Assembly (NCBI GenBank): GCA_951406725.2
Contig: OX597822.1
Coordinates: forward strand, 26,164,001 to 26,228,000
DNA from: Octopus vulgaris
Taxonomy: Eukaryota
Direction of reading: 5' to 3'
DNA length: 64,000 nt
In this document: positions 10,951 through 21,258 of the stretch, one piece after another
Numbering within the stretch: position 1 is the first letter of the stretch
Layout of the letters: each line of letters starts with the position of its first letter
Made by a program: the position numbers and the translations under genes
The notes under the pieces: model-generated
Told to the model about the DNA's origin: nothing
The model's input: the letters and a program-made list of their open reading frames with translations, nothing else
Database searches by the model: none

Positions 10951-12086
10951 TTCCTGTGTTATTCAAGGCTACGTGGGTCATCTTTGATGGTATTTTCAGT
11001 GTTAACATCGTTCATTTTGTTTCAGTGCTTTAAACACTTCGATTAATTGTTTTTGTGCTGCTTTGCAGCAATTTGTTTGTACTTCCTCTCCTCACAGAGG
11101 AGGGTCGCATTACTGAAAAAAATGTCTGGAAAAGACTTCAGCTTTTCAGATATGCCGTCTTCAGAGGAAAAGGGTCAAGAGAATGGACAAAAAATTAAAT
11201 GAAGAAAAGAGAAGCCTTGCGGACGTAACAAAGTGCCAGGAAATTTATATTGATATTGAAATTTGAAAATTACAAAAATGTATTAAGTCGGGATGGATTT
11301 GATGTTAAATTGTCCTCCACCCCGCAAGAGATGCTTAATAATATTAAAGAAAGAACAATTTTGTACAAAACGTTTTCAATAGTTAAAGGGAAAACTGACG
11401 TCATGACCATGGGTCAAATAGATAAGGCGTTAAGACCAGAATGGCATGAAATTGTGCACCTTGCGAGAGGCACTAAGTTCGGAGTAGTGGAAGTGATATT
11501 CAAGGACGCAGCAACAGCAAAAAAGCACACAGCGACTACCAAACCTGCCCATCCCCCTCTGACACAGAAAAATGTACAAACAGACAAAAACTCCCAAACT
11601 CCTCCTCCCAGACAAAAAAGAAGTTTTAAAATGCTACGCAGTAATGTATGATGACTCAAATGAAAAACTGTGTAAAGAAGTGTTATCTTGGAAAGACTTT
11701 AAAACAGTTGGAACAACGAGTTTTGACAACATAATGAGATGGCACTGTTGCGCGTTGTGCTCGGATGAACAGAAAGCAAAAATAACAAGATTTAAAAGCG
11801 GATATTGGCGTTGGGAGGTGAAATTGGATTGGGACGTATTACCACAGTATACGTCATATGAGGAAGTGGTGGAAGAATTTGGAATCGATATTCTAGCGGG
11901 AAAGAAGTTTAAAAGGTATAAATGAAACTGCGATGAAGTGGGGCCGAGTGGCTTCATTCCATTTTTCATTTCACTTTTCATATCATTTTTTCATACGTTG
12001 GTTCTAATTTTTTTCTCTGTTTGTATGTCCCACATGTTGTGTAGCGTCCCCTCTATGTTCGCCCCGTAGTGGGTAATAAAAGGATT
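10951..12086 (+). mobile_element. ORF1-only (HAL1-like) non-autonomous retroelement of L1/Tx1 type, 16-bp TSD
   Basis: TSD AGAATCGTT(A/G)GCACGC at 10935-10950 and 12087-12102. Frameshifted ORF from ATG 11122 to 11925 with an RRM-like segment (IVHLARGTKFGVVEVIFKDAATA). No RT. 3' tail matches the Tx1-like LINE at 55097. Confidence 0.7.
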
Positions 12087-12670
12087 AGAATCGTTGGCAC
12101 GCCGGGCAAAGAACTTCGAGGCATTTCTTCTAGTTTTACGTGCTGAGTTCAAATTACGCCTAGGTCGACTTTGCCTTTCATCCTTTCAGGGTCAATGAAA
12201 ATATGTACAAGTCGAATATTGCGATCGAGGAAAAAAAATTAACTCCTCCACTCAAGATTTCAGACTTTGTGCTTATAGCTGGAAGAATTACTGAGCGGTA
12301 TTCTTTCTGACGCTTTCATTCTGAGTTCAAAAGCCGCTGAGGGCAACTTTGCCATTTATCCTTTTGGAATCGATGAAATAAAGGACCAGTGAAGTACTGG
12401 GGTCACTGAAGTCGACTAGTCCTTTCCCTCAAAATAGCTAGCCTTGTGCCTAAATCAGACGCCGAAGATGGAAAACTGGTAAAATGGTTTGAGCATCGGA
12501 GAAATGTTTTAATGTTTGTTTCGATTCTTTACGTTCTGCGTTCAAATCCTGCAAAGATCATCTTTGCATACCGTCTTTTCGGGTTCGATAAAGTCAAGTA
12601 CCAATTAAATGCTGGGATCGTTAGAACTGAATTACCCTTCCCTTCAAAATTACTGACCTGCTTAAATAGA
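12087..12670 (+). mobile_element. Cluster of three degenerate SINE family B copies
   Basis: Repeated ctgagttcaaa...actttgcctttcatcctttc motifs at about 12140, 12320 and 12535. Confidence 0.75.
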
Positions 12671-12859
12671 AAAACAAAACAAAGAACATTATTATCCTGC
12701 TATTACGCTGTTGATATAATCAGTGTAATATATAATGAAATTATTGTATACAGTGCTCAGGTGCACCACAACTTGTCAGAAAGTGCATATAAAGTACATG
12801 CAGCAGTGTAGAAATGTCTGGAAAGTGAACATGCTTGTGTGTGTATGGAGGGGAGAAAA

Positions 12860-15727
12860 TCAAGTGTAGTGCTGGCGAATCTCAGGAAACATGGAAGTTT
12901 TGAAGGATGCAGTGCTCCGACAACTAACAACCGATGCCGGCAGTTTGTTCCACGTTTCAGCAACTCTCAGCGTGAAAAAATGTTTCCTGAAGTCATGGGA
13001 GCTGTGCTGTTTTCTTACTTTGTAAATATGTCCACGGGTGTTAGATGGGTGGATTTTGAAGAGGTGCTCAGAGTTATTGTTTGTGCGATGGTTGATAATT
13101 TTATGGGTGTCTGCCAAGTCAGCTGCCAGACGTCGGAGTTTCAATGTGTCCATGCCCAGGGAAGTAAGGCGTTCAGGATATGGCAAATGCCTGATGGAGG
13201 GTATTCTTTTGGTTGCACGTCGCTGAACAGCTTCCAGACGATTGATGTCCTGGGCAAGATAGGGGTTCCAGACCGGTGATGCAAATTCCAGGTGAGGTAT
13301 TACCATAGCTATATAAAGCCGCAGATAGATAGCCGGAGAGCGGCTCACAAAGGATTTGGTGAGTGATGCCAAGACACCCTCAGCCTTCTTGACAATTTTA
13401 GCGATGTGTTTTGTCCAACGCAAATCACTGTCGACAATAACACCCAGGTCACGTTCACTTGAAGACTTTTTGAGACTAGTGTTGTGGAGGGAGTAGGTGG
13501 ACGCTGAATTTCTCCTCCCAAAATGCATGGTGGTACATTTGTCCACAGCCAGCTTGAGTTGCCAGTCCATGATCCACTGCTGCATTGTGTCCAGGTCTGC
13601 TTGCAATAGAGATCCATAGTGTACAGGATTTAACCTCTTTATTTCGAGGTACAGCTTGATGTCATCTGCATATTTCAGCACTGTGGCATTCTTTAAGTTG
13701 GCATCTATGTCATTAACATATGCAACAAATAAAAGGGGGCCAAGAACAGATCCCTGCGGCACACCAGATGTCATCTCATAGGGCGAAGAGTGCTGTCCTA
13801 GAACTGTGACAACCTCTTTTCGGCCGAAAATAAAGGACTTTAACCAGTTATAGAGTTCGTCTCTTACACCCAACGCAGAAAGCTTCACCATAAGTCTTTT
13901 GTGTGGCACAGAGTTAAAAGCCTTAGCAAAGTCCAGGTAAACAACATCCACCCAGGATCCGCGATCAGTGATTTGGGTAACGTCCTCAAGAAACTCGATG
14001 AGTTGATTACAGCAGCTGGAGTTAGGAATAAATCCGAATTGTGACGGCTGGATGAGGCTGTGAGACTTCCAGAAGTTCCAGAGGGTTTCTCTGATACAGG
14101 ATTCCATCAGTTTGGCGATGCAGCTAGTAAGACTGACGGGGCGATAGTTGGCAGGCGATGTGCGGTCGCCTTTTTTGAACAGAGGGATGACACTGGCAGT
14201 TTTCCACTGTTCTGGAGTAACACCATTGTCAAGACAGAATTGGAAGAATAGAGAAAGTTGGCTTAGAAGAAAGTACCCACTGCGTTTGAGAAGTAGGTAT
14301 GTAACACCATCGAGACCAGGAGAGGCATAATTGCGTTTATTCTTTAGGTGGCGTTGCAGCATTGCTGGTGTAAATTGCATAGAAGATATAGAGTCCGATG
14401 TCAGTGGTGATGATGATGGAACATTTTGGTCTTCGACAGTAAAGATGCCGGTATAGCATCCAGCAATGATTTCTGCACATTCTTCGGGATTGCCAGTAAT
14501 CTGTCCTGTGTGGGGATTGCGAAGGGGACCAACAGGAGAGTGGGGTCTCTGCTTTGAGTGCACATACTTCCAGAACCCTTTGCTGTCAGGGTTAGCTGCA
14601 ATGCGTTGTTCAAATTCAAGCACTGCCTTTTTTGTCACCTGCTTGAGGTGGTTTGCTGACCTATTGCGCTTTTTCCTGTTGCTCTCTGATTTGTGCAATT
14701 TGTATTTCCGTTCAGCATTACGGCGTTCTTTCCTGGCAAGTCGGACTGCTGCAGTCTCCCAAATTGCACTATTGGGTGGTTTTTTGTGCTTGCGTGGTAC
14801 TGATGCTGCACATGCTGCCCATATTGAATTCAGAATGTTCTGGAGTATAGTGTCCACATCTCCAGAGGCATAAAATTCGCGCCAGTTTGGGCGTTGCAGC
14901 TCAGTACAATAAGAGCTCCAGTTTGCTTTATTCCAGTCAAAGCGGGCAATCTGGAGATGGTTGTGTTTTTTGTTACAACCAATCAGAGACAAGTCGGCCA
15001 TGATCATGGAATGATCAGAGTCACCCAAAGGTTCTTCGGTAGCGACACTAATGATTGTTTCAGGAGAAGCGGTAAGTAGCAGATCCAAAGTGTTGTCACC
15101 CCTTGTGGGGGAGGTAACAACTTGGGACCAATTCGAATTCAGCACCAGTTCAAGGAAGTCGTCTGCACTTTGCGGCCAACGGAAGGCCTCCCAGTCAATC
15201 TCAGGGAAATTGAAGTCCCCCGCAAGATACACATATGTGGCTGTTTTCATGGCAGCCGCCCTGAGGATATCAAAAAGCTGTGCGTCTTGGCGATAATTTG
15301 GAGGACGGTAAACGACTCCGAGCAGAAGTGTTGACATGGTCATGTGTACATTGCAGAAAAATACCTCCTGCTGAGATTGGTTCAAATCATCACAGGGGAT
15401 TGCCGATAGACTTGATCGAACATAAATCATCACACCCCCTCCACGGCGATTAATGCGGTTTTTGCGGAACAGGTTGTAGCCGGCTATGCTGAAAACTCCA
15501 TCACAGAGTGCAGAGTGTGCCCACGTTTCCGTGACTGTGATGAAATCTGGGTTGATACTTTTAACGTAGGAGGCAAAAAGATGCACCTTGTTGCATAAAC
15601 TACTGGCATTCAAGGACAGCAGTTTATATCTGGATTTCAGATGATGATATACAGGGGATGGCTGATTGTTCTTGGTTAGTTTCCCAAGATTTTTGCATTG
15701 CCAGTTGTCGTTGTGGGTGTAGTCTGC
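12860..15727 (-). CDS. LINE ORF2: apurinic-like endonuclease plus reverse transcriptase; uninterrupted, no AUG before the endonuclease
   Basis: Endonuclease motifs LNASSL, VTETW, RGGGV, GVVYRPP, GDFN, LDLLL, SDH. RT motifs NYRPVSL, QFGF, LDFAKAFNSV, GVPQGSVLGP, YADD, DLGV. The frame stays open upstream of the TTG at 15613 to a stop at 15728-15730. Confidence 0.95.
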   Translation of the reverse strand, partial: ADYTHNDNWQCKNLGKLTKNNQPSPVYHHLKSRYKLLSLNASSLCNKVHLFASYVKSINPDFITVTETWAHSALCDGVFSIAGYNLFRKNRINRRGGGVMIYVRSSLSAIPCDDLNQSQQEVFFCNVHMTMSTLLLGVVYRPPNYRQDAQLFDILRAAAMKTATYVYLAGDFNFPEIDWEAFRWPQSADDFLELVLNSNWSQVVTSPTRGDNTLDLLLTASPETIISVATEEPLGDSDHSMIMADLSLIGCNKKHNHLQIARFDWNKANWSSYCTELQRPNWREFYASGDVDTILQNILNSIWAACAASVPRKHKKPPNSAIWETAAVRLARKERRNAERKYKLHKSESNRKKRNRSANHLKQVTKKAVLEFEQRIAANPDSKGFWKYVHSKQRPHSPVGPLRNPHTGQITGNPEECAEIIAGCYTGIFTVEDQNVPSSSPLTSDSISSMQFTPAMLQRHLKNKRNYASPGLDGVTYLLLKRSGYFLLSQLSLFFQFCLDNGVTPEQWKTASVIPLFKKGDRTSPANYRPVSLTSCIAKLMESCIRETLWNFWKSHSLIQPSQFGFIPNSSCCNQLIEFLEDVTQITDRGSWVDVVYLDFAKAFNSVPHKRLMVKLSALGVRDELYNWLKSFIFGRKEVVTVLGQHSSPYEMTSGVPQGSVLGPLLFVAYVNDIDANLKNATVLKYADDIKLYLEIKRLNPVHYGSLLQADLDTMQQWIMDWQLKLAVDKCTTMHFGRRNSASTYSLHNTSLKKSSSERDLGVIVDSDLRWTKHIAKIVKKAEGVLASLTKSFVSRSPAIYLRLYIAMVIPHLEFASPVWNPYLAQDINRLEAVQRRATKRIPSIRHLPYPERLTSLGMDTLKLRRLAADLADTHKIINHRTNNNSEHLFKIHPSNTRGHIYKVRKQHSSHDFRKHFFTLRVAETWNKLPASVVSCRSTASFKTSMFPEIRQHYT

Positions 15728-15840
15728 TCAGTCCAACTGGCATCCCTTATCCACGACTCACCAGACTTGACGAATTTCCAGATCTGCCCATCATCGCGGA
15801 GGCTAAAACTCTTATGCATCCTATCGGACAACATCCCGTG
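15676..15840 (-). CDS. C-terminal remnant of LINE ORF1 (...HGMLSDRMHKSFSLRDDGQIWKFVKSGESWIRDASWTEQTTPTTTTGNAKILGN*)
   Basis: Open frame directly upstream of and overlapping ORF2, ending TTG GGA AAC TAA; the ORF1 assignment is positional. Confidence 0.65.
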   Translation of the reverse strand, partial: HGMLSDRMHKSFSLRDDGQIWKFVKSGESWIRDASWTEQTTPTTTTGNAKILGN

Positions 15841-16134
15841 ATCTAGGATGAAAAGTATTCTTGCTTTCTCTTATAAAACCTTTCCTTGCTGTTAATAACT
15901 GTCCTTACTTTGTATCAAACACTTTCTGGATATTTCTTACTAATCCACATAAATAGCTTTTCCGCATTGTATTCACTCTCAACTTAAGATCTAGCTTTCG
16001 AAGACTTACTCTCAATTTCTTCGTAGCAGTCGCCAAGTCACAGAACGATAACTGGAAGGATCATGGCTTTGTTAATTTTATTCCAGTATTTCAGAGTTTC
16101 ATACTTCATATTGGCGTAATGCACTACCTTTTCT

Positions 16135-16935
16135 GGATCTTTTCATTTTGAACGGCAGATGTCAACACAATTTCTAGTTAACTAAACACTTTTAAACTTC
16201 GTATACTGGTAGAATGTGTTTATAAAACATCGTTTTTTCTTGGCTTTATTGAGGAAATTCTGTAGCTTGTAAGATATTTCGTCAGAAAATCCGAGCATTT
16301 CGGCAATTTTAACCAATCGATTACCTCCATTCAACTAAAATCATTTGCTGCGTCTAAAACTGAGATAACATCCTGTAACTAACCCTAAACCTCCCCCTAA
16401 CCCTAATTTTTTTTTCTTAATTGTTAAATTAATTTAATTGTTACGCGTGTAAAAAAACCCGAAAGCAATGGAAAATGATTTAAACAATTAACAAACAAAA
16501 TAATTCTATAATTTTATACACACGCTTTCCGTACGTATACGGAAAGCGTGTGTTACGGAAAGCGTGTGTATAAAATTATAGAATTATTTTGTTTGTTAAT
16601 TGTTTAAATCATTTTCCATTGCTTTCGGGCTTTTTTACACGCGTAACAATTAAATTAATTTAACAATTAAGAAAAAAAATTAGGGTTAGGGTTAGGTTGA
16701 GGGGTAGTGACAGGATGTTGTCTCAGTTTTAGACGCAGCAAATGATTTTAGCTCAATTAGAGACAATTGATTGGTTAAAATTCGAAAAATTAAACTACGT
16801 TAAACAAGCAAATTACAATTTTCTCAAGAAAGTCAAAAGAAAAAAATGTTTTATTTTGACACATTCTACCAGTATACGAAGTTTTAAAGTGTTTAATTAA
16901 CTAGATATTGTCTGCCGTTCAAGAGGAAAAGATCC
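16135..16935. mobile_element. MITE copy 3, GGATC-terminal family, complete 800-bp palindrome (foldback), 8-bp TSD
   Basis: TSD CCTTTTCT at 16127-16134 and 16936-16943; arms are inverted along the whole length; CCCTAA/TTAGGG repeats in both arms. Confidence 0.92.
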
Positions 16936-17065
16936 CCTTTTCTTTATCTTGAATCCGTCAATTATGAGACACATTATTCTTACCCACGGTCACAGTATCC
17001 AGCTTAATGCACTTTTGAGTTTGTATGTTTGCTTGCTTGCTTCATGTTCTTGCTTGATAGGGCTG

Positions 17066-18145
17066 GGGTCATCACAGGTTAGTAATCCCAGATGCGTCAT
17101 CGTGCATAGAGGCGACCAGCTCCACCAGTGCTCCCCATCGCTGGCGGTTCCGTGCCAACTCCTCTGCATCATCTAAGATGAGGTTGAATCTCTGGAGATC
17201 TTTCTTAATCACGTCCAACCACCTCGTGCGGGGCTTACCACGAGACCTCTTCTGACCCACAGCTGCTGCGTCGAACGTGAGTAAGGCCCTGGTAGGTTTA
17301 TTTGGCCGGAGGCAGAGGACATGTCCGTACCAGCATATGCGGCGAATAGCAGTGAGATAGGAGGCTGCAGGTGTTGGTGGCACCCAGGTAGATGAAGGAA
17401 CTGACGAGCTCTACGATGTTGGGACCAAAATGGAGAGGAGGCCTGAACCATCGCCGAAATGTATCGGCTTGGTCTTCACCCAACTCATTTGAAGCCCAAG
17501 TTTTGCTGATTCCTCTCGGCATATGGTCAGTGCATCCCTTAGCTGGTCGATCAAGTTGCTGAATAGGGTGGTACCGTTTGCACACGCCAGATTGGTAAGG
17601 TGGTAGTCCCCGAAGGTAACGCCAGACACTCGATCACAGACCTTGGTCATTAGATAATCGATGACACAGTTGACGAAGTCGGGGCGGTCACGCAACCCTG
17701 TCTGACTCCGCTGATGATGAGGAACCAACTGGAGTCCTTTTCCTTCACCCGCACGCAGCTCTCGGCACTCCTATAGGGCTGTTGGAACAGGGCGGTGATC
17801 GTGGGAGGCGTACCGACGAGCTTGAGAGTTTTTCAGAAGGATGCATGGTCGATCATGTCGAATGCTGCATTGAGGTCGACGAAGGTGATATAGAGTTCTG
17901 TGCGGAACTCCTGAGATCTTTCAATAATGAGATGAAGGGCAAAATTTGGTCATCGGTAGATCGATTTGGCATGAGCCCGGCTTGTTGTGGGTGGCGTCTG
18001 CTTCTAATGGCAGGAAGAGCGCGGCTGAGGAGAATCCTAATGAGGAGCTTACCCGAGATGAAGAAGAGAGTAATTAATGCCCTTGTAGTTGCTGCAGACA
18101 AGTTTGTCGCCTTTCCGTTTCAAGGAGGGGAAAAGGATGGATAGG
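17066..18145 (-). mobile_element. Degenerate RTE-clade LINE, 3' part
   Basis: QQAGLMPNRSTDDQI, FVDLNAAFD, WYGHVL...RSRGKPRTRWLDVIKKDL...ARNRQRW motifs spread across several frames. Confidence 0.88.
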
Positions 18146-18662
18146 AAAGTCTAATAACAACCACATTTAATAATTTTGGAAAAGTTTCATAGCAACGCCA
18201 CTTAGTTATTTTGAAGGACTTTCATTTCTGTTTCCACAAAATAGCCATAGTCTGTTCAAATATATCTAAACCTTTCCGGGCAGTTTCCTTTAAATTACTG
18301 CTGCGATTTTATCAAGATTTTTTAAAACTCATTTTGAACGAGCTGCGAACATTCTGATAAGATATGAGCTCCTCCTCCTTCTCCTCCATTTTCTACTACT
18401 ACTACTACTACTACTCTTTTCTTCTGCTTCTTATTTTCCTCCTCCTCTTTCTTCTCTTCTACTTCCTTTTTCTCTCCTCCTTCGAGCAGTCACAATCGAG
18501 ATGCATTCTACTGTATGAGCAATAGACTCATCTGTCTTGATGCATTAACATTTCGGTGAACGGTCTTGCTTATCTCTCGTTCTCTTGATCCAGTTTATTT
18601 TTAGAATCTGTCCTTACGCTATTAGAATTATACCTTTGGTCTCTTTCTTTCACCAAAGTCAG

Positions 18663-19168
18663 TTCTTCTTCTTCTTCTCCTTCTTCCAATCAGGACTCAC
18701 GCCATTAGCCACAAAGAATAATCTCTAATTCGAGCCTACTCTAAGCTACTAAGAATGCGTGCGGCAACTTGAAGATCCACCCACCACACGCGATAGACAG
18801 GCGGTTGCACAGGTGCGAAAGCTACGTTGTTATCCTCATTCCGTAAGCGGTGGCTTTTAACGGGTGGAGAGCTGAACAATCCTGGGGTACAATGGATTCA
18901 CAATCTAGACTAGGGTCTGAAAGTTTTACCACACCATAGTGTGGTTACACCATGGTTCCTCTGCTTTGTGGCAGAAGTAGGAAGAAAGAGTGAGAGAAAG
19001 TTGTGGCGAAAGAGTACAGCGGGGTTCACCACCCCTCCTCGCCGGAACCTCGAAGAACTTAGGTGTTTTTTGCTCAATAAACACTCACAATGCCCGGTCT
19101 GGGAATCGAAACCGCGCTCTTACGGTCGCGAGTCCACTGCCCTAACCACTGGGCCATTGCGCCTCCAC
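18663..19168 (-). mobile_element. SINE family C with (AAG)n tail
   Basis: Head GTGGAGGCGCAATGGCCCAGTGGTTAGGGCAG with B box GGTTTCGATTCCC; second copy at 57857-58334. Confidence 0.88.
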
Positions 19169-19434
19169 CTCAGTTGTCCTTGTCGTCTGTTGTCTCTTTT
19201 GAAAAACACTGAAAGGAACTCCTTTCTTTCTTTCATTCAAAATTTGACTTTAGGTTCTTTTTATTTATTTATTTTTTTCAGCTTTTTTTCCTTTTATTTG
19301 TGTGTGAAGTTACCTCGTTTCAACTCTGCCAACTCTCAGTAAATAAGCCTTTTCTTGTTGCCTCTTTAAACAAACCTTCTTTCTTTACCAGATAGAATAC
19401 CAGGCTTGTTATCTTTAATTCCATAACCGAAGAC

Positions 19435-20010
<576 letters not shown>

Positions 20011-20677
20011 AGGGGAAACTGAAAGAGGCACACAGAGAGAAAAGTGAGAAAATTGACAGATATGAAGGGGATAATTACATAAACGAAAAAAAAAAAACAG
20101 GAGAAAAAACACATAAAAAGAGGCAAAGTGTAATACGAAACAAAACAGAATTAAGAGAACTAATTTTCAGTGAGAAAGAAAAGATGGGAGTAGTGAGGTA
20201 AAGTGAGTTGATGAGGCAGAGTCGTGATGGCGATGACGGCGGTGATGGTATGTAATGGTGGTGGTGGTGGTGGTGGTGGTGGTGGTTGGTAGTGTTGTCT
20301 GAGGTGGCTGTGAGCGAAAGGGAGAGAGAGAGTGAGTGAGAAAGAAAAAGAGAGAGAGAGAGAGAGAGAGAGTGAGCTGTTGTTGTTGTTGTTGGTGTTG
20401 GTGGTGATGGTGTTCTGATGCTTGCCAAACTAGATGGCAACTGAAGACAGAAGGGGGATCACAAGAAGGAAAAAAGCGAAAAGTTTACACTCGAACTAAA
20501 AGGTAAACCATACTGCTTGGGACAATAAAGAAACAAACACGCAAAAAAAAAACCCACCAAAAACCCCCACCAAAAAAAAAAACGCGTGTTATAAATAATA
20601 TAAATACACACACGCACACATACATATATACAGACATTCATAAATATATACACACAGATATATATTAATATATATAT

Positions 20678-20710
<33 letters not shown>

Positions 20711-20901
20711 AATATATATATTCGTTTATATATTTCTAAACACGCATATTTACATATTTATATATGTATATATACACATAATATAAAATACACACTCCTT
20801 TAGGATATCTACCTGCCTCTAATCATATATTTTAAAGGATGGCACCTACAGCAACAATTGAAACGGTTACCATAGTGCGACCATTAAAGGTTAGTAAACT
20901 A

Positions 20902-20907
20902 TCATTA

Positions 20908-20972
<65 letters not shown>

Positions 20973-21000
20973 GTTATTTATTATTATTATTATTATTATA

Positions 21001-21034
<34 letters not shown>
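20902..21034. repeat. (ATT)n microsatellite
   Basis: Directly visible. Confidence 0.95.
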
Positions 21035-21036
<2 letters not shown>

Positions 21037-21258
21037 GGTGGTGAGCTGCCAGAATCGTTGGCACGCTGGACGAAATGCTTAGCAGTATTTCGCCCATCGT
21101 CACGTTCTGAGTTCAAATTCCGCCGAGGTCGACTTTGCCTTTCATCCTTTCGGGGGTTGATAAAATAAGTACCAGCGAAACACTGGGGTCGATGTAATCG
21201 ACTTATTCCTCCCCCCCCCCAGCAAATTTCAGGCCTTGTACCTATAGTAGAAAGGATT
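21035..21258 (+). mobile_element. SINE family B monomer with tail2
   Basis: Head, B box, tail2 cccccagcaaatttcaggccttgtacctatagtagaaaggatt. Confidence 0.88.

Larger units (their letters stand above)
12730..15842 (-). mobile_element. Young CR1/L2-group LINE, 5'-truncated within ORF1
   Basis: Intact ORF2, the end of ORF1 and a short 3' UTR; visibly more GC-rich than the flanks; no clear TSD. Confidence 0.95.

Noticed and set aside
10518-12670. Regularly recurring repeats that superficially resemble a CRISPR array
   Set aside because: Units are 180-230-bp SINE copies without unique spacers; the context is eukaryotic and there are no cas genes.
12839-15334. Plus-strand ORFs of 60-146 aa overlapping the LINE
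   Set aside because: Antisense shadows of the GC-richer RT ORF with no motifs.
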